Of a stretch of 64,000 nt of DNA, positions 1-10,154 are shown piece by piece (within the stretch, counting starts at the first letter, position 1; every line of letters begins with the position of its first letter). The translations under genes and the position numbers were made by a program. The stretch spans positions 127,591 through 191,590 of the forward strand of contig JAKLIA010000001.1 of NCBI GenBank assembly GCA_022709865.1, in the 5' to 3' direction. Under the pieces are notes generated by a model. The model was not told where the DNA came from. It did no database searches and was given only the letters and a program-made list of their open reading frames with translations. The stretch is from Patescibacteria group bacterium. Its GTDB lineage: Bacteria > Patescibacteriota > Minisyncoccia > Portnoybacterales > GWB1-42-6.

Positions 1-90
1 ATAAATGTTAGGAGAATGGTAAAATCTTTCAGAAAAGAGTTCGTGGCCAATTATTTGGCGGCTTTGAAAAATCAGGCAGCAACCGCGTAG
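1..90 (+). CDS. C-terminal fragment of an upstream gene (partial); product unknown
   Basis: Open frame from the window start to a TAG at 88-90; only about 29 codons are visible, so this is weak. Confidence 0.2.
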   Translation: MNVRRMVKSFRKEFVANYLAALKNQAATA

Positions 91-110
91 CATTTATTAA
101 GCAAATAAAT

Positions 111-136
111 CCCCACACCTATGCATAGGTGTGGGG
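111..136. repeat. 26-bp perfect palindrome CCCCACACCTATGCATAGGTGTGGGG between convergent genes; a second copy lies at 56233-56258
   Basis: Read directly: arms CCCCACACCTA and TAGGTGTGGGG are reverse complements; flanked by A/T runs; sits at the 3' end of the minus-strand flavodoxin gene, so it could be a hairpin terminator or REP-like element. Confidence 0.6.
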
Positions 137-180
137 ATAAAAACTCCGTTAAAAAAGGCGGGGTTTTCTTTTTTTGTAGA

Positions 181-648
181 TTATTTTATCTTAGCTAAAA
201 ACTCGTTTATCTTTTCTTCGGTTTTATCAGCTACAACCTCTTTAGTTAGCAGAGTGAGCGTTGAAGCGGGGGCTTGTCCGGAAATCTTTTCCATTTCAGC
301 AAAAGCATTTTTATCGCCCGAACCGCCCATAACACAAAAAAAAGCGGTCTTTTTAAAATTGTTTTTATTTTGTTCCAAATAAGCTCGCACGGGGCTGGCC
401 ACATTAAAAGACCAAATTGGCGTGCCTATAATTACTAAGTCGTAGCCAGCGGGGTTTTTAGCGGCCGGTTCGATCTTAGCCGATATTTTTTTCATCGCTT
501 CTCGGCCGGCTTTTAAATAGCCGATAGGGCCGGAATAATTTTTTATGCCTTTAATTTCTTCCGTTTCTCCGTTTAATTTTTGAGCGAAAGTCTGGGCTAC
601 TTTTTTAGTCGTGTTGGTGCGGGAAAAGAAAACAATAAGGGTTTTCAT
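181..648 (-). CDS. flavodoxin-like FMN-binding protein
   Basis: 155 aa; N-terminal MKTLIVFFSRTNTTKK matches the flavodoxin phosphate-binding loop (S/T-x-T-x-T); size and alternating beta-alpha pattern fit. Confidence 0.6.
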   Translation of the reverse strand: MKTLIVFFSRTNTTKKVAQTFAQKLNGETEEIKGIKNYSGPIGYLKAGREAMKKISAKIEPAAKNPAGYDLVIIGTPIWSFNVASPVRAYLEQNKNNFKKTAFFCVMGGSGDKNAFAEMEKISGQAPASTLTLLTKEVVADKTEEKINEFLAKIK

Positions 649-676
649 AAAAGTTAAAGTTAAATAATGTTATCAG

Positions 677-747
677 TCGGGCCAGGGAGAATTGAACTCC
701 CGCTATACCCACCCCAAGGGTACGGACTACCACTATCCGATGGCCCG
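677..747 (-). tRNA. tRNA-Pro (anticodon GGG)
   Basis: Minus-strand sequence folds as a cloverleaf: acceptor CGGGCCA/TGGCCCG, D stem CGGA/TCCG, anticodon stem TACCC/GGGTA with loop TTGGGGT (U33, G37), T stem GGGAG/CTCCC with loop TTCAATT; CCA is not encoded. Confidence 0.65.
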
Positions 748-754
748 AAAAGAA

Positions 755-785
755 AAAATCCGTCGCCGGGGCAACGGATTTTTGT
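755..785. terminator. bidirectional intrinsic terminator hairpin (AAAAAATCCGTCGCCGGGGCAACGGATTTTT)
   Basis: GC-rich stem of about 9 bp flanked by an A-run on one side and a T-run on the other, between tRNA-Pro and rpmB. Confidence 0.55.
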
Positions 786-862
786 GGCCGTTGGGAGCGA
801 CCGGAAAAATAGAACGGAAATCCTTTGTCTCGCCGTGGCGGGACTCAGGATAACGCTACGCG

Positions 863-1048
863 TTACTTTTTGTTAAGCGCTTTAATGCATTGGGCACAGG
901 CCTTTACTCTTTTTCCCGACGGCAACTTAGCCCATTGGATATTGGGGTATTTCCTGATCTTGCAAGTCGGATTGAATTTGCCGCGCAGCTTAACAAGTTT
1001 GGTAGACATCTGCGAGCCTTTGCCGCAGATAGTGCAGGTTCTTGGCAT
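863..1048 (-). CDS. rpmB: 50S ribosomal protein L28 (Cys-rich, possibly zinc-binding variant)
   Basis: 61 aa; MPRTCTICGK start and a PNIQ-like motif resemble L28 (MSRVCQVTGK...FLPNL); extra Cys pairs suggest a zinc ribbon. Confidence 0.55.
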   Translation of the reverse strand: MPRTCTICGKGSQMSTKLVKLRGKFNPTCKIRKYPNIQWAKLPSGKRVKACAQCIKALNKK

Positions 1049-1119
1049 AATTATTTAGTCAGTTACTTTTAATCTGTCTTAAAGTATGATACATTAAAAA
1101 TAATAATTTTGCAACTTTT

Positions 1120-1719
1120 ATGAATCTCCAAGCGCTTTTATTTCTCTACATTATCATTATTTTATCTTCCATAATTCATGAATACGCCCATGCTTGGGCG
1201 GCTTTTAGGCAAGGGGACACCACTGCCAAATATGCCGGTCGCTTAACTTTAAATCCTATGGCGCATATGGATTGGTGGGGCACGGTTTTAATGCCCTTGG
1301 CTTTGCTTTATTTTTTTGGCATATTTTTTGGTTATGCCAAACCGGTGCCGATAAACCCGTATAATTTCCGCGACCAGCGGCGGGGAATGATAGAGGTGAG
1401 CTTGGCGGGCGTGGCGGCTAATTTTTTAGTAGCGATAGTTTTGGGGTTGTTTGTCCGCTTTATGCCGGGATTTTCTTTGAACCAATTTTTGCTCTTTGTG
1501 GTGGAAGTGAATATTTGGCTTGGGCTTTTCAATCTTTTGCCTTTCCCGCCGCTGGACGGTTCAAAACTATTAATTGCCTTAGCGGACATAAATATTAACC
1601 GATTTTCCAAGGTAATCAATTTTTTAAGCCAACCCCTGGGGATAGTCGTGGCAATTTTTGTGGCGATGTCTTTTTTGCCATATGTGAGCAATTGGTTGCT
1701 AAAGTTAATTGTGGGATAG
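1120..1719 (+). CDS. site-2 protease family (peptidase M50) integral membrane zinc metalloprotease
   Basis: 199 aa polytopic membrane protein with a HEYAHAW (HExxH) motif in the first TM and a later LDG motif. Confidence 0.65.
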   Translation: MNLQALLFLYIIIILSSIIHEYAHAWAAFRQGDTTAKYAGRLTLNPMAHMDWWGTVLMPLALLYFFGIFFGYAKPVPINPYNFRDQRRGMIEVSLAGVAANFLVAIVLGLFVRFMPGFSLNQFLLFVVEVNIWLGLFNLLPFPPLDGSKLLIALADININRFSKVINFLSQPLGIVVAIFVAMSFLPYVSNWLLKLIVG

Positions 1720-1736
1720 GGGCCTTTTATTTTGCC

Positions 1737-1764
1737 TTGACAAAACTTTTTGGTGTGATAATAT
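1737..1764 (+). promoter_or_regulatory. sigma70-like promoter for the str operon (TTGACA, 16-17 nt spacer, TGn-TAATAT)
   Basis: TTGACA at 1737-1742 and TAATAT at 1759-1764 preceded by TGTGA; about 160 nt upstream of rpsL; the leader carries a CCCCGG...CGGGGG hairpin. Confidence 0.5.
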
Positions 1765-1926
1765 CTAAATACACTTGTTAGAAAATCTAATTTCCCCGGG
1801 TTGCTGCGGGGGTAAAAATGGCTATAAACCGCTGTTTTTTTATTGCCTTGAGCGTTTTAATATTTTAGCATTTGAGCCTAAGATCCTTGTTTAAATGTTG
1901 TAATATTTAAATGTTTAAATGAAATT

Positions 1927-2337
1927 ATGCCAACTATTCACCAACTAATTAAGAGACCAAGAACTCAGTCAGTTCGCAAGCCTAAAGCGCCGGCGCTTTG
2001 GCGCGGTTTTAATGTTCTGAAAAATAAGCCGGCCCAATACCCGTCGCCTTTTAAGCGAGGGGTTTGCTTAAAGGTCACGACTACCACTCCTAAAAAGCCA
2101 AACTCAGCTTTGCGTAAAATCGCCAGAGTTCGCTTAACTAATGGTATGGAGGTCACCGCTTATATTCCGGGCGAGGGGCACAATTTGCAAGAGCACTCTG
2201 TAGTGGTGTTGCGCGGCGGGCGCGTGAAAGACTTGCCGGGCGTTCGCTATCATATTGTCCGTGGCGTCTTGGATACTTCCGGTGTTGAAGGCCGAAAGAA
2301 AGAGCGCAGCAAATACGGGGCTAAGCGGCCTAAATAA
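1927..2337 (+). CDS. rpsL: 30S ribosomal protein S12
   Basis: 136 aa; [11 protein letters not shown] start, KKPNSALRK and [13 protein letters not shown] motifs. Confidence 0.97.
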   Translation: MPTIHQLIKRPRTQSVRKPKAPALWRGFNVLKNKPAQYPSPFKRGVCLKVTTTTPKKPNSALRKIARVRLTNGMEVTAYIPGEGHNLQEHSVVVLRGGRVKDLPGVRYHIVRGVLDTSGVEGRKKERSKYGAKRPK

Positions 2338-2355
2338 TATTATAAATAGAAGACT

Positions 2356-2820
2356 ATGCGAAGAAAACGAAATTACAAAAGAGACATTTTGCCTGATCCA
2401 AAGTTCCAGAATGTGGCGGTGGCAAAGTTCATTAATCGCTTAATGACCCGAGGCAAAAAATCAACTGCCCAGAGGGTTCTTTACGATGCTTTCGACATTA
2501 TTGCCAAACAACAGAAGGACCCGATGCAGATATTTGATGAAGCGATCAAAAATATTTCTCCGGCCTTGGAAGTTAAGTCCAAGCGCGTGGGCGGCGCCAA
2601 CTATCAGGTGCCTCGGGAAGTTCGAGGCGAGCGAAAGCTAACTTTAGCTTTTCGCTGGATAATTGAAGGTTCTCGGGCTAAGAAAGGCAAGCCGATGGCC
2701 GCTAAATTAGCTGAGGAGTTTCTAGCCGCAGCTAAGAACGAAGGCACAGCTATTAAGAAGAAACAAGATATGAATAGAATGGCCGAAGCTAACAAAGCCT
2801 TTGCCCATTTTAGCTGGTAA
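2356..2820 (+). CDS. rpsG: 30S ribosomal protein S7
   Basis: 154 aa; LPDPKF, VGGANYQVP and the KLAEE motifs typical of S7; follows rpsL. Confidence 0.95.
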   Translation: MRRKRNYKRDILPDPKFQNVAVAKFINRLMTRGKKSTAQRVLYDAFDIIAKQQKDPMQIFDEAIKNISPALEVKSKRVGGANYQVPREVRGERKLTLAFRWIIEGSRAKKGKPMAAKLAEEFLAAAKNEGTAIKKKQDMNRMAEANKAFAHFSW

Positions 2821-2865
2821 GCAATAGTTTCGTAATAAAGTTTGAATTAAAAAAATAAAACAAAA

Positions 2866-4956
2866 ATGCCAAGACAATATCCAATCGAAAAAATTCGCAA
2901 CCTCGGTATCATCGCTCATATTGATGCCGGCAAAACCACGGTTTCCGAGCGCGTGCTTTTTTATACAGGCAAAAAACATAAGGTCGGCGAGGTGCACGAA
3001 GGCGAAGCGGAAATGGATTGGATGGAACAAGAACGGGAGCGCGGCATTACAATTACTTCGGCGGCGACCACTTGTTTTTGGCGCGATTGCCAATTGAATC
3101 TAATTGATACTCCGGGCCATATTGACTTTACAGTTGAAGTGCAGCGGTCTTTGCGCGTGCTTGATGGCGCGGTAGTAGTTTTTGACGGCGTGGCAGGAGT
3201 GGAACCGCAATCTGAAACTGTGTGGCGGCAGGCAGACAAATATAATGTGCCGCGGATGTGCTTTATTAATAAAATGGACCGAACGGGCGCTGATTGGGAT
3301 AAAGACCTAAAATCTATCCATGAGCGCTTAACTCCCAGCGCCTTGCCGATAAACTTGCCGATCGGTGCGGAAGAGAACTTTTTGGGCGTGATAGACTTAT
3401 TTAAAATGAAGGCGATTAAGTTTGAAGGCGAACGGGGCGAAAAAATCGTGGAAGAGGAGATAGCCGCTGATAAATTAGAATGGGCAAAAAAATGGCGCCA
3501 AACTTTGGTGGAAAAGATCGTGGAGCAAGATGATGCGTTGATGCAAAAATATTTAGACGGCCAGGAAATCCCAGTGGCCGACTTAAAGAAGGCTTTGCGC
3601 CAAGCAACAATGGCAATTAAGATCATTCCGGTATTTTGCGGCACCGCCTTAAAAAATAAGGGCGTGCAATTGATGCTGGATGGCGTTTGCGACTTTTTGC
3701 CTTCGCCTTTGGATGTGCCTCCGACCGAGGGTTTTGATGCTAACGATGAAACAAAAAAAGTTACGCGCGAGACAAAAGACGACGCACCTTTTGCCGCCTT
3801 GGCTTTTAAAGTGGCCACCGATCCTTTCGTGGGCCAGCTGACTTTCTTTAGAATATATTCTGGCACCTTGAAAGCCGGCACTTATGTTTTGAATACAACT
3901 TCGGGGAACCAAGAGAGGATTAGCCGGATATTGCGCATGCATGCCAATCACCGCGAAGAAGTGAAAGAAATGTATGCGGGTGAAATTGCCGCGACCGTGG
4001 GCTTGAAAAGCACTGGCACCGGCGATACTCTTTGCGATGCTGACAACCCGATAATTTTGGAAAAAATGGAGTTCCCGGAGCCCGTTATTTCGGTGGCGAT
4101 CGAGCCAAAAACTAAAGCGGACCAGGAAAAAATGGGCGTGGCCTTGCATCGTTTGGCGGAAGAAGACCCAACTTTTAGAATTGAAGGCGACCAGAATACC
4201 GGCCAAACCATTATTCGAGGCATGGGTGAATTGCACTTGGAAATAATTGTGGACCGCATGATGCGGGAGTTTAAAGTTGACGCTAATGTTGGCCGCCCTC
4301 AAGTGGCTTATAAAGAAACCATCAAAGGCCAGGCGGAAGCGGAAGGGAAATATGTTAGGCAATCAGGCGGCAAAGGCCAATACGGCCATGTTTGGCTGCG
4401 GGTTGAGCCAAAAGAAAAAGGCACCGGTTTTGAGTTTGAAAACGATATTAAAGGCGGATTGATTCCTCAAGAGTTTATTCCAGCGATAGAAAAAGGCGTT
4501 AAAGAGGCGATTGATAAAGGTGTTTTAGCAGGGTATCCTTTGGTGGATGTAAAGGCGACTTTATACGATGGCTCATACCACGATGTTGACTCTTCGGAAA
4601 TTGCTTTTAAAATTGCTGGCGCTATGGCTTTGCAAGAAGCCTGCCGGCGCGCTAAATTGATCTTGCTTGAACCAATGATGAAATTGCAAACGATCACTCC
4701 GGAGCAATTCATGGGAGACGTAATTGGCGATATTAATTCCAAGCGCGGCCGGATAGACAACATGAGCGAGCGGGGTGAAGGAGTGGCGCGCGTAAAAGTG
4801 ATCGATGCCAAAGTGCCGTTGTCGGAAATGTTTGGTTATGCCACTTCCTTGCGCTCTATGACTCAGGGCCGGGCAAACTTTACCATGGAATTTGACCATT
4901 ACGAAGAAGTGCCCAACAATATTACTCAGCAAGTAGTGGAAGGAAGAAAGAAATAA
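2866..4956 (+). CDS. fusA: elongation factor G
   Basis: 696 aa; [10 protein letters not shown]1 motif, DTPGHIDF and NKMDR, full five-domain length. Confidence 0.97.
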   Translation: MPRQYPIEKIRNLGIIAHIDAGKTTVSERVLFYTGKKHKVGEVHEGEAEMDWMEQERERGITITSAATTCFWRDCQLNLIDTPGHIDFTVEVQRSLRVLDGAVVVFDGVAGVEPQSETVWRQADKYNVPRMCFINKMDRTGADWDKDLKSIHERLTPSALPINLPIGAEENFLGVIDLFKMKAIKFEGERGEKIVEEEIAADKLEWAKKWRQTLVEKIVEQDDALMQKYLDGQEIPVADLKKALRQATMAIKIIPVFCGTALKNKGVQLMLDGVCDFLPSPLDVPPTEGFDANDETKKVTRETKDDAPFAALAFKVATDPFVGQLTFFRIYSGTLKAGTYVLNTTSGNQERISRILRMHANHREEVKEMYAGEIAATVGLKSTGTGDTLCDADNPIILEKMEFPEPVISVAIEPKTKADQEKMGVALHRLAEEDPTFRIEGDQNTGQTIIRGMGELHLEIIVDRMMREFKVDANVGRPQVAYKETIKGQAEAEGKYVRQSGGKGQYGHVWLRVEPKEKGTGFEFENDIKGGLIPQEFIPAIEKGVKEAIDKGVLAGYPLVDVKATLYDGSYHDVDSSEIAFKIAGAMALQEACRRAKLILLEPMMKLQTITPEQFMGDVIGDINSKRGRIDNMSERGEGVARVKVIDAKVPLSEMFGYATSLRSMTQGRANFTMEFDHYEEVPNNITQQVVEGRKK

Positions 4957-4971
4957 AATCAGCGCATATTT

Positions 4972-5280
4972 ATGATGTGGGAAACGATAAAAAAAATATT
5001 GAAAAAAAATCACGGGACTTGTATTATTGTAGAAGATGGACAACCGGTTTTTGTGATCACGGAGTTTGATGAATACCAGAAAGATCTGGAAAAAGAGCCG
5101 GCTGATAAATTGCTCCAATCTAGATTTAAAGAATCGGCTGGAGAAACGGAATTAATAGAAAAGATCAATCAGGAAATTGTTGATTGGAAGGCCAAACAGG
5201 CGGAAAGTTCCCCGGAAGTGCCGTTAGTGGATATTCAGGATAGCGACGAAGTTAGGGTTGAGAATCTCCCTTTGGTTTAA
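4972..5280 (+). CDS. small protein with a Phd/YefM antitoxin-like N-terminal domain and acidic C-terminus; function unknown
   Basis: 102 aa; ETIKKILKKNHGTCIIVEDGQPVFVITEFDEYQK resembles the Phd/YefM fold (helix, then beta-strand with GxPVaVlxxxxeYe); inserted between fusA and tuf; no toxin partner seen. Confidence 0.4.
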   Translation: MMWETIKKILKKNHGTCIIVEDGQPVFVITEFDEYQKDLEKEPADKLLQSRFKESAGETELIEKINQEIVDWKAKQAESSPEVPLVDIQDSDEVRVENLPLV

Positions 5281-5318
5281 AGCTAAGAACAATGGGCTTG
5301 ATTGGAGGGGATTTTAGG

Positions 5319-5356
5319 TTGACGGGGTTGACTTTTCTGAATAATTACGATAAACT
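5319..5356 (+). promoter_or_regulatory. candidate promoter(s) for tuf (TTGACG/TTGACT with -10-like TAATTA/TAAACT)
   Basis: Two overlapping -35-like hexamers, each 17 nt from a plausible -10; about 120 nt upstream of tuf; the leader also holds an imperfect long inverted repeat (TAGCTAATCGCC...GCGATTAGGC). Confidence 0.35.
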
Positions 5357-5476
5357 ATAAGAGTTATATTTTTAATAAAAAATAATTTAATTCGTAGGTT
5401 TTTGCTAGCTAATCGCCAATAATTCTTAATTAAAAAGAATATTAGCGATTAGGCGGCAAATAAATTTGCGATCAAA

Positions 5477-6670
5477 ATGGCAGATAAATTTGAACGCACA
5501 AAACCACACGTTAATGTGGGAACCATCGGTCACGTTGACCATGGAAAGACGACTTTAACAGCCGCCATGTTGAATGTTTTTGGCTTGGCTGGAATGAAGG
5601 CTTCTCAGAAGGGCGTTGACCAGATCGACGCAGCTCCTGAAGAAAAAGCTCGTGGTATTACCATCGCGACTTGCCATGTGGAATACGAGAGCGAAAAGCG
5701 GCACTATGCCCATATCGATTGCCCAGGGCATGCCGACTATATTAAGAACATGATCACCGGCGCAGCTCAAATGGACGGCGCAATTTTGGTCGTGGCGGCT
5801 ACTGACGGCCCGATGCCTCAGACCAGAGAACACATCCTTTTGGCTTACCAGGTTGGCGTGCCTAAGATCGTGGTCTTTTTGAATAAAACCGACCAGGTTG
5901 ACGACCCGGAAATGATCGATCTAGTGGAACAGGAAATCCGGGAACTTTTGACCAAATATAATTATCCGGGCAATGAAACCCCGATAATTCGCGGTTCAGC
6001 TTTGAAAGCTTTGGAAGCGAAATCAAAAGATGATGAAGCGGCTAAGCCGATCTTGGAGCTTTTGAAAGCTTTGGATGAATATATTCCTGAGCCGGCTCGC
6101 GATATTTCTAAGCCTTTCTTGATGCCGATCGAAGACGTCTTCTCAATTGAAGGCCGCGGCACTGTCGTTACCGGCAGAATTGAGCGGGGCGAAGTTAATG
6201 TTAACGACGAAGTGGAAATTATCGGTATTCGGCCGACTCAAAAGACGGTGGTGACCGGTATTGAAATGTTCAATAAACCTTTGGATAAAGGTATGGCTGG
6301 CGATAATGCCGGCGTGTTGTTGCGCGGTTTAAAGAAAGAAGATGTGGAGCGCGGCCAAGTGTTGGTAAAGCCGGGCACCGTAACCCCGCATACCGAGTTT
6401 GATGCGGAAGTTTTGATATTAACCAAAGAAGAAGGCGGCCGGCATACCCCGTTTTTCAAAGGGTATAAGCCCCAATTCTATATTAAGACCACTGATATTA
6501 CCGGTGAGGTTATTTTACCAGAAGGCACAGAAATGGTTATGCCGGGCGATACAGTTAATTTGAAGATAGTTTTGATCACTCCGGTTGCTTTGGAAGAGAA
6601 ACAGAAGTTCGCTATCCGTGAAGGCGGTCATACCGTTGGCGCGGGTGTCGTGACGAAAATTACAAAATAA
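5477..6670 (+). CDS. tuf: elongation factor Tu
   Basis: 397 aa; [18 protein letters not shown] and NKTD motifs. Confidence 0.97.
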   Translation: MADKFERTKPHVNVGTIGHVDHGKTTLTAAMLNVFGLAGMKASQKGVDQIDAAPEEKARGITIATCHVEYESEKRHYAHIDCPGHADYIKNMITGAAQMDGAILVVAATDGPMPQTREHILLAYQVGVPKIVVFLNKTDQVDDPEMIDLVEQEIRELLTKYNYPGNETPIIRGSALKALEAKSKDDEAAKPILELLKALDEYIPEPARDISKPFLMPIEDVFSIEGRGTVVTGRIERGEVNVNDEVEIIGIRPTQKTVVTGIEMFNKPLDKGMAGDNAGVLLRGLKKEDVERGQVLVKPGTVTPHTEFDAEVLILTKEEGGRHTPFFKGYKPQFYIKTTDITGEVILPEGTEMVMPGDTVNLKIVLITPVALEEKQKFAIREGGHTVGAGVVTKITK

Positions 6671-6699
6671 TAATTGTTTAATGGTTCTTTAAGATCTAT

Positions 6700-7044
6700 A
6701 TGTCAGCAGCTAAGAAAGAAAAAACTGAAAAAGAAGAAATAAAGCAGCGAATCAGGATTAAGATTCGGGCCTACGACCACAAGTTGATTGACCAATCGGC
6801 CAAACAAATAGTGGAAACGGCTCAACGGTATGGAGCGGAAGTTTCGGGTCCCGTACCTCTGCCGACAGAAACGCATAAATACACCGTTAACAGCGCTAGT
6901 TTCAAATACAAGGATGCGCGTGAACAATTTGAAATGCGAGTGCATAAGCGCCTGATCGATATTTTAAATCCGGGAACTAAGGTTATTGATTCATTATCGG
7001 ATTTGAACTTGCCGGCTGGCGTGGACATCGAAATAAAGATGTAG
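6700..7044 (+). CDS. rpsJ: 30S ribosomal protein S10
   Basis: 114 aa; [24 protein letters not shown] matches the S10 consensus. Confidence 0.95.
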   Translation: MSAAKKEKTEKEEIKQRIRIKIRAYDHKLIDQSAKQIVETAQRYGAEVSGPVPLPTETHKYTVNSASFKYKDAREQFEMRVHKRLIDILNPGTKVIDSLSDLNLPAGVDIEIKM

Positions 7045-7141
7045 TTTTGCAGTTTTGCATAGAATAATTAAAATTCATAAATAAAATATGGGTTTTATAA
7101 AAAACCGATAAATTATTTACTGTTAGATCATTACTTGCCCA

Positions 7142-7172
7142 CAAAACGCCGGGTCAGTACCCGGTGTTTTGT
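7142..7172 (+). promoter_or_regulatory. GC-rich hairpin followed by a U-run between rpsJ and rplC (attenuator or terminator-like)
   Basis: CAAAACGCCGGGT-CAGT-ACCCGGTGTTTTG forms a 13-bp stem with one mismatch, followed by TTTTGTT; lies 10 nt upstream of the rplC start. Confidence 0.45.
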
Positions 7173-7181
7173 TAGAAAAAT

Positions 7182-7799
7182 ATGAAGTTTATTCTGGGAA
7201 AAAAATTACAAATGACGCAATTGTTCGACGAACAGAGCCGGGTTATACCGGTAACTTTGATTCAGGCCGGACCTTGTTTTGTGACCCAGAAAAAAACTGT
7301 AGCCAAAGATGGGTATGGCGCGCTGCAGATCGGTTTTGGCGAAGCTAAAGAGAAGCGGATGAGCAAGGCAGAAAAAGGGCACTTAGCCAAGAGCGGCCAG
7401 AAGAATCTGAAGTTCTTGCGGGAAGTCAGAGTTGATAATTCCGAGCTGGAAGTTGGCGCGGAGATTAAAGCGGATATTTTCAAAGAGGGCGATTCGATCA
7501 GAGTGGTCGGAACGAGCAAGGGCAAGGGTTTTGCCGGCGTGGTCAAGCGGCATCATTTTGGCGGGGGTCCAGCGACCCACGGCCAAAAGCATAGTTTGCG
7601 CGCGCCAGGTTCTATTGGCGCAACTTTTCCGGAGCGCGTGCCAAAAGGACGGCGCATGGGTGGTCGCATGGGCGGAGAGCGCTCGACAGTAGAGGGATTA
7701 AAAATTGTAAAAATTGACGTTGCCAATAATACCATTGCGGTTTTAGGGGCAGTGCCGGGAATAAAAGGCAGTTTATTGGAAATAATCTCCCAAGAATAA
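7182..7799 (+). CDS. rplC: 50S ribosomal protein L3
   Basis: 205 aa; GKKLQMTQLFDE start, FKEGD and GTSKGKGFAG motifs. Confidence 0.95.
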   Translation: MKFILGKKLQMTQLFDEQSRVIPVTLIQAGPCFVTQKKTVAKDGYGALQIGFGEAKEKRMSKAEKGHLAKSGQKNLKFLREVRVDNSELEVGAEIKADIFKEGDSIRVVGTSKGKGFAGVVKRHHFGGGPATHGQKHSLRAPGSIGATFPERVPKGRRMGGRMGGERSTVEGLKIVKIDVANNTIAVLGAVPGIKGSLLEIISQE

Positions 7800-7807
7800 A
7801 CATCGAT

Positions 7808-8548
7808 ATGACAGCCATTAAATCTACAACTAAAGAAGCGGCGGTAAAAAAGACTGTAAAGGCTAAAGCGCCGGTTGAATCCGTAAAAAGCGGATCGGTT
7901 TTGGATTTGGCGGTTTTTGACCAAGCAGGAAAAGAAGTCTCTAAAATCAGTTTGCCAAAGGAAGTTTTTGGCTTGAAAGTTAACGCGGATCTGGTATCGC
8001 AAACCGTTACGGCCCAGATGGCTAATTCCAGGGAATCGATCGCCCATTCAAAAGATAGAAGCGAAGTGCGCGGCGGCGGCAAAAAACCTTGGAAACAAAA
8101 AGGCACAGGTCGCGCTCGTCACGCTTCGATCCGTTCTCCATTGTGGGCTGGCGGCGGAGCAACTTTTGGTCCGCGCAAAGAACGCAATTTTTCTTTGTCT
8201 ATAAACAAGAAAATGAAGCGTCAAGCCTTGAAGATGGTTTTATCCGGCAAGGCCAGCGACGGAGAAATTATAATTTTGGAAAGCTTAAAATTGGCACAGC
8301 CAAAGACCAGAGAAATGGCGGTTATTATAAATAAATTGGCCAGTGGCGCGAAAAAGGAATTAAATCGCGGCGTGATGATAATTTTGTCGCAAAAGGATGA
8401 AGCGGTTTTGCGCGCGGCCCGCAATTTGCCTAAAGTGGCAATGATTGGCGTTGGCAGTTTGAATGTGGTGGATCTGTTATCGACAAAATATTTGGTTATT
8501 TCTAGCGAAGCGGTAGAAAAAATAAAAGCAATGTATCAAGCAAAATAA
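7808..8548 (+). CDS. rplD: 50S ribosomal protein L4 (with a Lys/Ala-rich N-terminal extension)
   Basis: 246 aa; core RGGGKKPWKQKGTGRAR motif; position after rplC. Confidence 0.93.
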   Translation: MTAIKSTTKEAAVKKTVKAKAPVESVKSGSVLDLAVFDQAGKEVSKISLPKEVFGLKVNADLVSQTVTAQMANSRESIAHSKDRSEVRGGGKKPWKQKGTGRARHASIRSPLWAGGGATFGPRKERNFSLSINKKMKRQALKMVLSGKASDGEIIILESLKLAQPKTREMAVIINKLASGAKKELNRGVMIILSQKDEAVLRAARNLPKVAMIGVGSLNVVDLLSTKYLVISSEAVEKIKAMYQAK

Positions 8549-8549
8549 T

Positions 8550-8954
8550 ATGGGAATCTTCAGCACGGAAAAAACTGAACAAAAAAAGACCGCGGTTAAA
8601 AAAGAACCGAGAGTTAAGGCTGCGAAGAAAACGGCTAATTTTAGCAATAAAGCGGTTAAAAAAGAGTTTTCGGAAGCTTACAGGATTTTGCGCCGGCCGC
8701 TGGTAACGGAAAAGTCTTTTAATTTGAATGCTAATCAGAACCAATATCTTTTTGAAGTAGCGCCAGAGGCGACCAAGAAAGAAGTGGAAAAAACGATCCA
8801 GAACCTATATGGCGTGAAAGTTTTGCGGATAAATATTTTAAATACTCAGGGTAAGAAAAGGCGCCGGGGAAGATATGAGGGATTTAAAGCCGGCTTTAAA
8901 AAAGCGATAGTCTTTTTAGCGGAAGGAGAAAAAATAGAAATTATTTCAAGATAA
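8550..8954 (+). CDS. rplW: 50S ribosomal protein L23 (with an N-terminal Lys-rich extension)
   Basis: 134 aa; [11 protein letters not shown] and the YxFxV core; operon position. Confidence 0.9.
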   Translation: MGIFSTEKTEQKKTAVKKEPRVKAAKKTANFSNKAVKKEFSEAYRILRRPLVTEKSFNLNANQNQYLFEVAPEATKKEVEKTIQNLYGVKVLRINILNTQGKKRRRGRYEGFKAGFKKAIVFLAEGEKIEIISR

Positions 8955-8958
8955 GAAT

Positions 8959-9780
8959 ATGTTGAAAAAATCTAAACCAACCAGTCCCGGCGTTCGCCAG
9001 CTGATTCGAATCAAGGCGGCGTTAAGTAAAAATAGGCCAGAAAAAAAGCTGGTGGGTTTTTCGTTTAGGTCAAATGGCCGCAGTGGCGGCGAGATCACCA
9101 CACGGCATAAGGGCGGCGGGCATAAAAAGCTTTATCGCCAGATAGATTTTAAGCGGGATAAGGTTGGCATTCCGGCTAAAGTTGTTTCTATTGAATACGA
9201 TCCAAACCGCAATTGTTTTATTAGCTTATTGAACTATCAAGACGGCGAAAAGCGCTATATCATTGCGCCGGAAGGCATTAAAGTTGGCGATCAGATAATC
9301 AGCAGCGAACAAGCGGAAATCAAGATCGGCAATCGTTTGCCTTTGAGCAAGATCCCGGTTGGTACCCAGATCCATGATGTTGAATTGCGGCCGGGCAGCG
9401 GCGGGATTTTAGTCCGCTCAGCCGGCTCCAGCGCCCAAGTCTTGTCGACAGAAGGAAAATATGCTCAATTAAAGATGCCTTCGGGTGAAGTGCGCATGGT
9501 TATTATTGGAAGTTTGGCCACTATCGGGCAAGTTAGCAATTCTGAATTTGGCAATAAAGTTTTAAGCAAAGCCGGTCGTTCTCGGTGGATGGGAATCAGG
9601 CCAACGGTGCGCGGTTCAGCTATGAATCCGTGCGACCATCCTCATGGCGGCGGTGAAGGCCGGGCGCCAATTGGTTTGCGCCGCGGTCCTAAGACCCCTT
9701 GGGGCAAGCAGGCTTTGGGTGTGAAAACCAGGCTGAAAAAGAAGCCGAGCCGCCGATTTATTTTAACGAGAAGGAAATAA
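8959..9780 (+). CDS. rplB: 50S ribosomal protein L2
   Basis: 273 aa; [18 protein letters not shown] and [13 protein letters not shown] motifs. Confidence 0.97.
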   Translation: MLKKSKPTSPGVRQLIRIKAALSKNRPEKKLVGFSFRSNGRSGGEITTRHKGGGHKKLYRQIDFKRDKVGIPAKVVSIEYDPNRNCFISLLNYQDGEKRYIIAPEGIKVGDQIISSEQAEIKIGNRLPLSKIPVGTQIHDVELRPGSGGILVRSAGSSAQVLSTEGKYAQLKMPSGEVRMVIIGSLATIGQVSNSEFGNKVLSKAGRSRWMGIRPTVRGSAMNPCDHPHGGGEGRAPIGLRRGPKTPWGKQALGVKTRLKKKPSRRFILTRRK

Positions 9781-9812
9781 TTTAAAAAAGATTTTTGTAA
9801 GATTATAATTTT

Positions 9813-10142
9813 ATGTCAAGAAGTTTAAAAAAAGGTCCATTTGTTGATCCTAGGTTATTGAAAAAAATAGCTAATTTAAAGCCGGGCGATAAGGCGGTTA
9901 TTAAGACTTGGTTTCGTTCTTGCGCGATCTCTCCGGAAATGGTCGGCTTTACTTTTGGCGTGCATAACGGCCGCGAACATATACCGGTTTTTATTACGGA
10001 AGAAATGGTGGGACACAAATTGGGTGAGTTTTCTTCAACCAGAAAGTTCGTTAAGCATGGTGGTCGGATGCAGCGAGAAATAGAGCAGCAAAAAGCAATG
10101 GCAGCGGCCGCTGCTCCAGCTCCGGCTCCGGAAAAGAAATAA
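9813..10142 (+). CDS. rpsS: 30S ribosomal protein S19 (with an Ala/Pro-rich C-terminal tail)
   Basis: 109 aa; [16 protein letters not shown]; the C-terminal [13 protein letters not shown] tail is not part of the S19 core. Confidence 0.95.
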   Translation: MSRSLKKGPFVDPRLLKKIANLKPGDKAVIKTWFRSCAISPEMVGFTFGVHNGREHIPVFITEEMVGHKLGEFSSTRKFVKHGGRMQREIEQQKAMAAAAAPAPAPEKK

Positions 10143-10154
10143 TAAATTATTTTT

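Noticed and set aside
131-382. Plus-strand 83-aa ORF
   Set aside because: It is antisense to and overlaps the flavodoxin gene (181-648, minus), and no SD or family is recognisable.
2961-5118. Long minus-strand ORFs (2961-3881, 3649-4362, 3948-4259, 4467-4811, 4573-5118) antisense to fusA
   Set aside because: They lie entirely inside the well-supported fusA CDS on the opposite strand, and their translations are low-complexity Ser/Ala/Pro-rich strings typical of antisense frames of GC-biased genes.
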